Assembly: GCF_036321535.1 (NCBI RefSeq)
Contig: NC_087437.1
Span: forward strand, 77,440,001-77,504,000
Reading direction: 5' to 3'
Length of the DNA: 64,000 bases
From: Camelus dromedarius
Lineage: Eukaryota
Position 1 is the first letter of the stretch. The number at the start of each line of letters is the position of its first letter. A program made the translations under genes and the position numbers. The notes under the pieces were generated by a model. That model worked only from the letters and a program-made list of their open reading frames with translations, did not search any database and was not told the DNA's origin. This document shows positions 13,620-25,010 of this stretch, in pieces.

Positions 13620-14720
13620 GAAGGCGAGTGAAGCAGGAAGTCCCGCCTTTTAGCCGGAGTCGGCTTTGGCCCGGGCTCCCAACGCTCACGCCCACCCGCC
13701 TACTCCTTATTGGTCAGTTCCCTAGTGCCTTGCATCCTTTCTTCCATTTCCTTTCTCTTTTCCACTTTCGTTCTCGGGTGAGTCCAGTCCCCGCGTTTCC
13801 CTCCGAATCCCTTGCCATTTGGGACGTGCGGCGAGCGGCCTTCCTCTGGGGCCATTGTGTACTGTGGAAGACGTGGACGGGGTGGTGGTGCGGGGGGGGA
13901 CGGGCGCCTCCCGCCCATTGGCGCCGCCCGCTGTCGGGCAGGGCCCGGGTGCGCGGGATTGGCCCAGTCGCGCGCGGCCCCGCCCCCGCCCCGCCCCGCG
14001 CCTGGGTCTCTGTGTGTGTCAGCTACAGGGGTGGGGCGTCAGCGAGTGGTCTCCTCCTCCAGCTGGAGCTGCTGCGGCGTCCCGCGGCCTCCCCTAGAGT
14101 CGGGCGGGAGGGGAGAGCAGGCGTGGATTGGGCTTGACGGTAATTGCTGCGTTTCCCCGTCTCGGTGGCCGGCGCTCTGGGTAGCTCCTTCCTCGGGAGC
14201 GGGCTTTTTTACGGCAATTACACACTCCCTGCCCCTGGCTACCCACGCACCCTGGGCTCGTGCGTGTAGAGCCGGACCCGTGCACACGCGTGTCCCTGGG
14301 CAGCTCCGGCGCCGGGAGGCCAGGAGGGAAAGGGGCGCCGGGGAGGCTCGACGCTGCTTTCCGGCCAGGGGGCCCTGGGGCAGCCGGGCGCGGACCACGG
14401 AAGAAGAGGGGACAGCCCCGGCTTCCAGCTGCCGTTGCCGCCGCGGTCACAGTTTGAAGAGGGGTATTTAAAGCCCGAAGCCGGGCAGGGCCGGGGGAGG
14501 AGGAAGAGGGAGTGGAGGGAGACGGGCGGCTGGGATTGTAGGCAAGCCCGAGAGGCGCGTCTGCCCGGGAGCCGAAGGCGGAGCGCCTGAGACGGTCGGG
14601 GCTGCGGGCGTTGGAGGCGCGAGGGGATACTTTGTCCTTTCTCTGTCCACCTTCCTCCCCCAGCTGAGGTCCGAGAGTGGCAGGGGAGGGACCCGAGCAG
14701 GGAGGAGGCACAGATGTCCC
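13620..14720. promoter_or_regulatory. CpG island / CBLB promoter
   Basis: Abrupt GC- and CpG-rich block in an AT-rich background. ETS site CAGGAAGT 13634-13641. Inverted CCAAT boxes (ATTGG) at 13709, 13917 and 13958. Tandem GC boxes 13978-13998. Lies 0.8-1.9 kb upstream of exon 2. Confidence 0.93.
14002..14318 (+). other. CBLB: Probable non-coding exon 1 of CBLB (boundaries uncertain; candidate donors after 14139 and 14318)
   Basis: Directly follows the GC boxes, no ATG seen, and resembles the human CBLB 5'UTR as I recall it. ACG|GTAATT donor after 14139. Confidence 0.65.
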
Positions 14721-15543
14721 GAAACAAAGCTTTGGACCCCCTACCCCCACCCAACTTGGGTGAGAGGAGAGGCAAGGAGCTAAAGAAGTGAACTCTCCTC
14801 CTTTCTATACCCGCTCTTGTCAGTTTCTCACTCTCTTAAAATGGGTTATTTGTTGGTTTATTTGGCTCTTAACTTGGGGGCAACTCCTCACCCGCGTTGG
14901 TTTAAGAACTGTGTGTTCGTGTGTTCATGTTCACATGTCCGTACTTGGTGGTTTTAGCGGGGAAAATCCAAATCCTAAGCCTTTGTTGACAACAGATGTG
15001 CCCCTTATGCTCGTGTAGAATAATCTGTACGTTAATATGACTTAGCCATATCTAACAGTGAAAGTGCAGTTTTTGAGTGAGGCTCCCAAAATGTTTTCTA
15101 GGGGCTTCTGTTCTAGTCTTTTGAATTGAGATTAAGGCAGGAAGGGGAAGAAACATTGTGTTCTTTTCTAGTTGGAGAAAATCTATACGAGTTTGTTGTT
15201 GTGATTATGAGTTGGGTACTAATCAAGCCTTCGCTACTTGCAGTGTTGAGAAGGATGCATTTTTAAAACTCTTAGTGTTCCGAAAACAAATCTGAAGTCT
15301 TTGCTCCTACACCTGTTTGTTATGTGTACGATTGAGAGTGCAAAGTCACACGCTATTGAAAAGTTAAATCTGGGACCCTGGATTTTGTTCTCATTGATGG
15401 AGAAGTAGGTAGTGGCTACAAGTTAACCTGTTTTCTGTTGGGTAAATATTTTCATGACCAACTAACTTCTGTTTCTTTCTTTTTCTTTCATTCTTTCTTT
15501 CTTTGTTTTTTTTATTCTCCCTTTCAAAGAACAAAGACTCCAG

Positions 15544-15711
15544 ATGGCAAATTCTATGAATGGCAGAAACCCTGGTGGTCGAGGAGGAAACCCCCGAAAA
15601 GGACGAATTCTGGGTATTATTGATGCCATTCAAGATGCAGTTGGACCCCCTAAGCAAGCAGCAGCAGATCGCAGGACTGTGGAGAAAACTTGGAAACTCA
15701 TGGACAAAGTG
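15544..15711 (+). CDS. CBLB: CBL-B first coding exon (exon 2), aa 1-56; exon starts at 15530 with 14 nt of 5'UTR
   Basis: Translates [56 protein letters not shown], the CBL-B N-terminus. Long pyrimidine tract with AG at 15528-15529. Donor GTG|gtaagt after 15711, phase 0. Confidence 0.98.
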
Positions 15712-18700
15712 GTAAGTTCTTTCTGATGATGCTTGTATTGTACACAGCACAGTTCACCTCAATATGGTTTCTCCAGTTTTATTTGTATTGTTAATTAATA
15801 ATAATTATTGTTACAGCAACAGTCTTTTGCCTTGGATCAACCATTTTTCTTACATCCACTCTTGGGTGTTTTGAAAAGTTGGATTCAGAGCAAAAGACTT
15901 GTCTTTTTTTTTACTCTTTTGTCCTACTCTTCAAGGTTCAGAGTTCCTCTATGACTCAGATATGCAAAGTGTTTACTGTTGGCTGCTTTTTGTGGGTGCA
16001 CAGCCATAGAATAGTTTGGATGTTCTTGTTACACCTTATGTAAGGTTGTGTTGCTGTTTGATAACAAAAAATTACAAACAAGTAATGTAAGAAAAGTCTC
16101 TGATGGATCACTCATGACGGCTGCAAAGTGTGATGCTGAAGGTGAGAATGTTCACCGGGGAAAAAACCAGATTAGTCCTTAAGTGAGGAAGCAGTATTTG
16201 AGAGAGTTTCCATTCCATTTTCATCTTTGAGAATTCATCTTCATTAAGAAACTTTTTTGTTGCTGTTAATGGTAGAGTTAGTTTTTTTCATCTATTCCAT
16301 TTTGAAACAGGAAACCTTTTTGATTGCACATTGTTTATTGTGAAAGGAAAATCTATGATGGAGGTGGTGGGACTGAGAGTATCAGAAACCTCTGTGGTTT
16401 CTGCATGTTGCTTTCAGATGAACTGAAATTTTACAAGAAGAAATTGAGCTGGATGTCAGTACCCAAAGAAGCCTAGGCAACCTGAATACTTTACAGGGGT
16501 CTGCTGAGAAGAGTTTAGTTGTCAGTGTCCTGTCTTACTCAGTAGGGTTATGAAATAAATGTAATTAAGGCGTAGCTTGCTGCTGTGCAGAATTAATAGT
16601 TTTGCTTTTGAGGCAGTAGTGCTGTCCCCTGTATATGGGTAAAGGGTTGTAACACCTGATGGTTTTATTTCATAGCTCTTTGGGGCTAATTATAAATTAA
16701 GTTGATGCAGGACTCTTGATATCGTTCTAACTGCAGAAATGGAGGTTTAAAAAAATAATTCCTTTGTAGAGATGTACTCAAGACATGAAGTCACATTTAC
16801 TTTGCTTTGTAATTGTGTACAAATATTTGCCACAAAAAAACCACTGTCAGTGGTATTAGCAATACAGGAAGGGGATGGGATTTGCTTTGTTTTCATTTAT
16901 CCTTATGGAAAGTACAGATAGGTGGATGAACAACAGGCCTGTCATTCTATGGCCATTGGTGCTGAATGCAGAGCCAGACAGCTTTTGTCAGATAAACATC
17001 CTTAGTTTTGGGCTTCAGTGTGACCTGTTTAAGCTTCTGCCAATTTATTCGAATTGTGATATTCAAGTGCTCCAGACAGAATGATGTCATAGGATCAGAA
17101 CATTGCAACTTGCTGCTTGAGGTCAGGTTTTGATTTTAGTGTTGGATCCTTAAGGATGAGGAGCATGCAGTTGGAAAAATTGTATATATTTGGCAGGCTC
17201 AATACTAGCTGTCTTTGCTTTTCTAAGGAGTGTGCAATTTAAGGTCACTTTCATGCTGAAATCATTAGTTGGGCATAAGAGAAGGAATTCAAGGTTTTTG
17301 TTTAACTTATCTGTTATATGAGTGGGCAAAAAATGGATCAGATTCTACCAGGGAGCTGCTCCTCCCTCCACAGCCCCTTCTCTGAGTGGTCAGAATTTGT
17401 ACAATGATGAGTGAATCAAATGAACATCAAATGAAAAAGATTTATATAAGGAAGTGGTAAACTGTAGTTAATCTAGAGTCATTAATTTTGAAACATGAAA
17501 AATTGTGTGTGTAATTTCGGTCTGTAACTGATTGTTAACCTAAGTTTTATCTACTTTTAATGATTTCACTGTGGGTTATGGTAAAATAGATGGTCATTTG
17601 ATAGTTAAGCTTCTGCCATTGTTTGTTTTATTAACCCTTTTGTGGGTTTGGGTTTAGCCTCTCCAGTTGAGAAACTTGACTCACGAGGAAATAGATTATC
17701 TAAAGTCTATACTTAGTGGAATGCGGGTATGCATGTTGGCAGAGGTGCATTGTGTGAATTTCCCTATTTGTCTTCATTATTTGTCAGGAATGAAGATCTT
17801 TGTGTTCATTTATGGATGCATCCGTGGGCTTTGTAGAGGGAAATTATATAAATCATTATAAAAGAGTCCAGTATGTTTATTGCTACCCTGTCTCACAGTA
17901 ATAAAAAGGCATTGATAATTACAAATTGGAAATATGTTTTATTCAGTGGTGTAATGCAGAAGCATCTCCCACATGTGTTTATCTTTTCTTCTTTGTCAGT
18001 GTTGAAGGAAGTGGTTCATAATATCAACACTGTCCCGGTGATTACATCAGGAACTTTATTATTAGTCCAAAAGCTAATCCCTTGACACATTACCTAACTG
18101 TTTTGTAAAATAACTGCCATAGTGTGAGTTTAGCTTGTGAATAACAGAAGATAGTAGCTTTCAAATCTAACTGACAGTTATGTAAAAGGCAGGGGTAGGT
18201 ATTTAGCATGTTTTCTTTATGAAGCCTCTTCAACAAGATCAGATCTTAAAGAGTAAATCTGAGAACAGGTACAGTGTGTCTCAGCTACCTGCAAAGTAAA
18301 ATAACTTATCTCACAGGGAATATGAAGTAGTCTTAGACCATAAAGGAACTATCTAGTAAGTATGTAGTTTCACCATTCCCTGGCCTCTAGAATTTTAAAT
18401 AGTCAACTGAGATTCCAGTTCCAGCTAACTGTTGCATTTTCAGAGGTTAGGCTTTCTGTACAAGGTCACTGAGAGTAGGAGGGAGTAATTGCTCAGTTGT
18501 GTTCCTTGTAAGATGTAAAGTGTTTTTTAAGAAAACATTAGTGGCAAGGAGTTAGTTTAATACATCTATTGAGAGAAAGAATAGGAGCATAAACTGGAGC
18601 ATCTCATTTAGATATATTTCTAGTCCTGGCTCCATGCATCAACAGCTGACTCCAAACTCTTCAAGCCAGTGGATGCCTATTCAGTATAGAAGCAGAACTG

Positions 18701-20329
18701 TTACTCCTGAATACATAGCAAGGTTCAAATACACTCTAGAATGTAAAGTCTGTTCCTGAGTCATTGGAGAGATGGAGGTTCTTAAACATCTAAACATTTA
18801 TTGAGGATGTATTGTGTTCCTACTAAGTGCTTATTACTGGGGCTGCAAAGCTGGGCAAGCTATAACTTTGCCTTTGACTTGTCAAGGAACTCGGAGACCA
18901 GCACCATAGCCAGGCATATGAATGGATGATTGCCAGTAGTCTGGAAAGGGCTGTAGTGCAGACCTGTACAAAGTACAGGGGGAGCAGAGTAATGGGGAGC
19001 AGAGCAGAGAACATCCACCTTGTTTTTCTGGCCGCTGCTCAGACAGTAGCCTGTCTGGATTCTGCTGGCCACTGCCTTCAGGAACAGCATTATTGTACTC
19101 TTGTTGGAAATGCTGAGGTGAGGGTAAGGAAATGATTGCTAATCAGTATGTTAGGAATGATAATTTATTAATGTGAGGTTCCTGAGCATGGTTTTTACAA
19201 GCATCTTAGCCAGGTGATGGAAAATGGGAGAAACAGCTTTTCATCTAATAGATACTAAAAGTACTGAGCTCACGTGGATGTTCAGGAAATTAAGACATCA
19301 TTAATTGATGCCAGAGAGCAAAGCAAGTTGAGTACCTGCCTGTGTTTTTGTCTTGCTGTCCTTGTCATTTATTTGAAATCACATGACTGAAAGAGTTTTA
19401 AAAGCATTTAAAAAGTGATGATGCCACACAGCCTTTTCCTGCCTTTTATCCTCAGTACATTCAGTACATTTGTCAAGCTTGGAATATAATTCATTCATTT
19501 ATAATTTCACTTTAACCGTAATATATTTAAAAGTTTTGTCAGTCAAGATGCTTGTTATATACAGCTATGAAAAGATAAGAGTAAGTATTCTTTTCTAAGT
19601 TGAATTCCTCATACCTCTGAAAAATATCGCACATGGAGTAAAACTTAGGTTTTGGATGTCTGTTGTTTGTGTTTATTGGAGTTGAGAATATCACTGTCCT
19701 TGGGCCCTTGGAACAGGGAATATCATTTATTTGAATTATTCTTCACGTACTTGCTTTTCCTCACTGAGGTTGTTCTATATTAGTAGAATCATGGGCCCTC
19801 GTAGACTTGGATAGATATTAGCACATTAAGTGCCTGGGTAATTTTTTGTTTAGTACTGAATTAGATTTTGAATTTGTGCTTAAATAAATGAAGTGATCCC
19901 AAAGCTGGGCACTTGTCACTTCTAGGAAAAGCTTTTGAATAAAGTCAAAGAGTTAAAGGAATCCTCCCAAAAGTTACCTGGGCTTATCCTTGTGATACAG
20001 AGCATACATTTAACAAAAGCCTTAATCAGTTCGTAATCTTTTAACTCCTATAAAATTTAACTATTCAGATTTTGAACCAACTTCTTCCTGTCTTTTGTTG
20101 TTTTATATGCTATCTATTGATTTCATCATTCATTTGTCATATCCCAAGTGTGGAAAGATAGAGGTTTTTAAATAACCGTGTCATCTTGTAGTAAGTGCTG
20201 TAATATGATCTAAATAAAGTGCTGTGACGTGGTATGTGGTGGGTGTTAATGTTGCGTGCTAGAGGTGAAACGCTGGTGTAGCACGCAGCTCGGAGGAGGT
20301 GGAGGTACCACCCAGCTATTCTTTAGTGG

Positions 20330-21300
20330 ATTGGATTCCAGTGAGGTGGAGGACACATCAGGCTGAAGGATTGATGAGTAAAGGGAGATTGCTGAGTGAG
20401 AGAAGTTAAGATAGAGAAAGGTGAAGAGGCTTTGACTGCTTTGTCAAGGAATTTGGACTTTATTTATTTGGCAGACAGAATCATTGAAATCCTTGAGCAG
20501 AGTGAAAGTCAAGGCTCTGCTGTGATAAAGTACTCTGTTGACTCTCGAAAGGATGGATTAAGAGGAAAGAAACTAAAATGTAGAAATAATGATCAAGAGG
20601 AATTAAAACACACTGGGCAAGAAATAATGAGGGGCTGAGCTAGAGAACTGACATAGGTGTAGCAAGTGTAGGTTCAAATGTGGGAGGCACTTTGGAGTAA
20701 AATCTAAGGTCCTGGTGACCCTTCAGAGATAGAGGATGAAAGAGAAGTTGAAGTGAAAGTGACTCTTGAGGTTTTCAGCTTAGTTGACTCTAAAGGCAGT
20801 GATGGTCTTTATTAACATAGGAAGAAAAAGAGGAAGCTTGAGAGTTGGTGCATGGTAAGTTTGTTTTTGGCCATGTTGAGTGTGACATGCCAGAGTGAAA
20901 TCCATTTTGAAGTCAGAAAATTGAATGTGCAGTTAAAGAGAGAAGTTGAAGTTGGAGACATATGTTCGGTAGATATGTCATGGAGGCAGCATTTCAAGCT
21001 ATGGCCAGCAAGAGATTTGGAAGGCAGAATAGAAGGTGGGAGCTGGAGATAAAATGAGAGATTGGAACTTTGGGCTGTGTTGGGGTGTGTATCTATAATT
21101 AGATGGCAGTGAAGGGAAGAGAATCCTGCAAAGGACAGATGAGACAGATAAAAAAGAATCAGAGCCGGATTGATTTCCTGGGTAGAGATAGCTTTACTAA
21201 GGAGATAGTTTCAAATTCTGAGAAAACGAAGATCAAGTTCAAGTGGAGAAACCAAGCAGGATGAAAGTTTGAGAAGTCATTGAGTGTCTTGAGTAGAGGC
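20330..21300 (-). mobile_element. Degraded L2 internal fragment
   Basis: Purine-rich stretch with L2-like motifs (aggaatttggactttatt, gaggttttcagcttag, ttttggccatgttgagtgtga). Boundaries approximate. Confidence 0.5.
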
Positions 21301-24300
21301 TGTTGTTGATCTTTCAGAGTAGTTTTGCTTATGTAGTGGGGCTAGATTAAAACAAGTATGTGGATTATTTAAAAAAATTGTTCTAGAACTGGGACAACTA
21401 GTGAAAAGAAAGTTCTGATGGACAGCTTGAGGGTTTGAGCAGAGCATAAGTTTATGTGTGTTGGGTGTGCTGTTGGAGAAGTTTGTGGTTTGAGGGGAAG
21501 GAATGTAGGTAGGGAGTAATTTACGATGTAAGGCAAGAAGAAATAATTGATAAAGTGGCATCCCCTAATGTGGAAGGGAAAGGCTGAGGACAAGTAGAAG
21601 GGTAGTCCTTGTTAGATAACTGTAAATTCCACTTGCAGAAGAGGAGAATAAGGAAATACACAGAGCAGTTTTGAGGGAACTTGTAAATTTAATGTTAGAT
21701 TGTCAGGAAGTGATTTGACATGTAACACTTGTAATGTTTAAAATAATGTTTTAAAATTGTGTGTTGTAGAATAAGCAATATATATTTTAACAGGTTTTCT
21801 AGCAGTTAAGTACATAATTAAGTAACAAATTGAAATGGAAATCAGTTCTGAACCTTTACATTAAGATCATCTTAAAAACATACTGTGACTTAAATGGTGC
21901 TGCAGTGCTATTTTTATCTACTCTGCTTGGGCATTTATTTAAGGTGTTTTTTTTTTAATGCATTTGTGAGATGCTGACTTTTTCCTAGTAATTAAAGAAG
22001 CATTTTGAAAATATCCAACTAAATTTTTAGCTCTTTCACATGTTAATATTTAAATAATTAAGCTCACACTGTTTTCCATTAGGGATCCCAAAAATAGTTC
22101 TTAAATATTCTACCATTTAAAAAATTCCAGATCAGCTGAGTACCAGTGTACTGACTGCACGTCAGGAGTAAGGATCTGGACTTATTAGCCTTATTTGCTG
22201 CTTTTCTACACAAAACAGGAGACTTTTTAAGGGTTTCAGGTAGTATGATGAACTTTAGGAACTAAATGAAAGAACTTTTCATGATCCCCAGCAAGGAGGT
22301 CAGTGCCTTGGCCTAATTCTTGTAGTTTTGCAAAACCTGCAGGTATTTTGCCGTGTTGTGGTATAAAGTGGAAGGAGAAGAAATCCTAAAAAGTTGTCAG
22401 TGCCCACTGTGTGCAGAGCACTCCACTTCTAAGAGTTGTAACATCCTAAGGGGTTTCCAGAAGAAAGTGGTCCAAGGTTGTAAAGCTAGTTAATGACAGG
22501 GAAAGATCCCAAGATTGACTGATTCTCAAGCCTGTGTTCTTAGTATGCAGATTCAAGCACACTGCTTCAGGGAGTTATATGATTCTTCCTCTTTCCATGA
22601 GAAGTAAATCAAAATGATCTTTACCCCGTATGTTTGAAATGATCAAGCCCTTCTCCAAACTTTGTCCTCATTTGTAGACAGGTTTATTCAATATAGAGAT
22701 ACACATATATACTATTTGTGATATTACTTCTGAGAAGTTCCTCCTTACTTTGCTCCTTTCCTCCTTTTCTTCCCCCTTTCCTCCATCAAATATTTGTGAG
22801 ATTCTACATTAGGTGATAGAGATAGACCAGTCAGAGGGAGATGCTCTCTACCCCGAAGGAAGTTCCACTCTCATTTGGAAGAAAGGTGGTGAACAAATGA
22901 ATACACAGTTGACAGCTTAATTACAACTTGCCAATTATTGAATGATGTGTTTTATATGTCTTCTAAAGAAACCTTGAAAACCATAGAAGAATTGATAGTT
23001 TCCCCCCAATCGTACTATGATTAATTTCTAGACTCATAACCAATTATATGCTAACCTTCTTGTTTTGCCCAGTTAATATTCTGTGTAGAAAGAGTTCTAT
23101 ATTATTTTAATGTTTTTTTTAACATTTTCTGCTGTACACATTTTTATACTTTTGTATACTTAAAAGTGATTGATTTGTTGAACTAAGATGAAGAGAACCC
23201 AAAGAACTCATAGATACTTTTTATCTTAACGATGTACTTGTAAGTAACTGCAGTAAGGAATCTCTTACAACAGTACCTGAGGAGCACAGACAAGGGATTC
23301 TTTCAGGCTTCCTACAGTGTCTTTAAGAAATAGGATATTTCACTTTGCAGGTACAGTTCTTGATTTAATATAACTGAATGCTCCGTGAAGTGAGGTGTGT
23401 TTTATAATGAAAGTCGGCTTCGGTATAGGCACAATTCCTTACTGTTGAAGTTTCCATTTGCTTCAGTGGAATTTCTTTTGTAGGTTTCAGAGGCTGGTTT
23501 GAACCTTGTTTGCAGGAAATATGTTAGCTGACCTAATACCTCTTTGTTACCTTTTGGCTGGAAATTTTAATTAAAGCAGAGTCAGGAAACTTTACCTGCA
23601 AGAGTGTTCCAAGAATAATGAATGGCTTTGAAAATCCTTATAGCCCTAGTAAATCCTGTGTTTATATTTGTGCCTTTGCTTTGATACTGTTGAATATATA
23701 TTTTAGGTATGTGAATACATATTCATATATTTATTGAAATACACACAGTATGTATATTATATATAAAGTATGTATTTTTATGTATGTGAGTCAATGCATA
23801 GATAGGCATATACAGAGAGGTCTACTTAAAAATCTTTGAATACATTTCAAGAAATATATCGGGCAATAGTATACTGTTCTGGAGAGAGTTCCTGACTCTT
23901 AGATCCAAACACTAGAATTCTGAGCAGTAAACTCAGCTAGGATCCGTGTCTTTGTTTTAGCATTGTCATGTCACAAAGAGGGAGTTGCTCTTGGTGATCT
24001 CCAAGGTCCTTTTTAACTCTAAAATCCTATGAGTCAATGACTTTAATGAAATTTTTAGCCCAATTCCAATGCTAAATATTTTGCCTTTCAGTTCAAAAGC
24101 AAAGAGTAACATTGCTAATGAACCAGTCCTTTTATGTGGCAGTTGGTGCCCTAAAAAGTTCATCATTGTATAGTGTGAGAGTAGATTTGTTCTTTGTGAA
24201 AGCTCTGCTGTGCTGGGACCCACTTTCATTCTAGGGAGCGACTCTGAGATCTCTAGAAGAGGTCTCAGTCATTTGAATCTGAACTTGAACCTTGCGGTGA

Positions 24301-24569
24301 GCTTGAGTTTTCTCCTTAAAATACTGTCTGTAGAAAAGCAATTTTTCTTTCCCTGGCGTTCACAGTTCCTTGCACATAGCAGGCACTCAATAAATATTTA
24401 TTGGATTGAATTGAATCTGACCTGCTTAGAAGTCATCGTCCTGGTGTAGGGTTATTCATTTTCAGCAGGAGCTGTCATCAATCACAGAGTTTAATACTAA
24501 TCCAGCTGATGAACTGCACATTCAGCGGCATATAGCAGTAGTTCAGCATTTTAGGTTGCACTTTCCCAA

Positions 24570-25010
24570 GTGCAAATTTAGAAAACCCCGTGGCCTACCA
24601 GGGCCTTGACAGACTGACTCTAGCCTGTTTCGAATCTGCTCGTACCACTCACCTCTGGGCTGCCCATGCCCCGACCTTTTAGAATGACTGCGCTGACTCC
24701 TCTTCACACAACTCAGCTCTCTGGGGCCTCTGAAGCCTTTGCACAAGCCTTTGCCTGGAATATTCCTTTTGCAAACTTAAGTACAACTTTCGTGGCTCTC
24801 CCACAGAGATGTGTCTGCGTCACTCCTCCTCCGGCACTTTGTACGCTCCTCCATTACAGCTAAGACTCTCCTGTACTTCTGGTCTAAGCCTCCAGTCTTT
24901 TTCACTAGAACACTCCTTGAGGACAGGTCTGTGATTTATTCCTTGCTGTATTCCCCACGGGCCGGAAACAGTGCCTGACACACAAATGTTTGTAGAATTA
25001 ACGAATGGGT
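24570..25010 (+). mobile_element. L2 3' region
   Basis: gcctttgcacaagcctttgcctggaa, ctagaacactccttgaggacagg, gctgtattcccca...acagtgcctgacaca...tttgtagaattaacgaatg. Confidence 0.7.

Noticed and set aside
13628..14775. Several 100-220 aa ORFs on both strands
   Set aside because: Overlapping, Arg/Gly/Pro/Ala-rich, and explained by stop-codon scarcity in a CpG island.
14935..15018. ORF MSVLGGFSGENPNPK... as an alternative N-terminus
   Set aside because: No phase-1 GT donor found that would join it in frame to exon 2.
17667..17861. ORF containing RNLT...MLAE, reminiscent of CBLB exon 4 (RNLTKLSLIFSHMLAE)
   Set aside because: Wrong spacing, no other similarity, and upstream of exon 3. Judged coincidence, not exon 4 or a duplicate.
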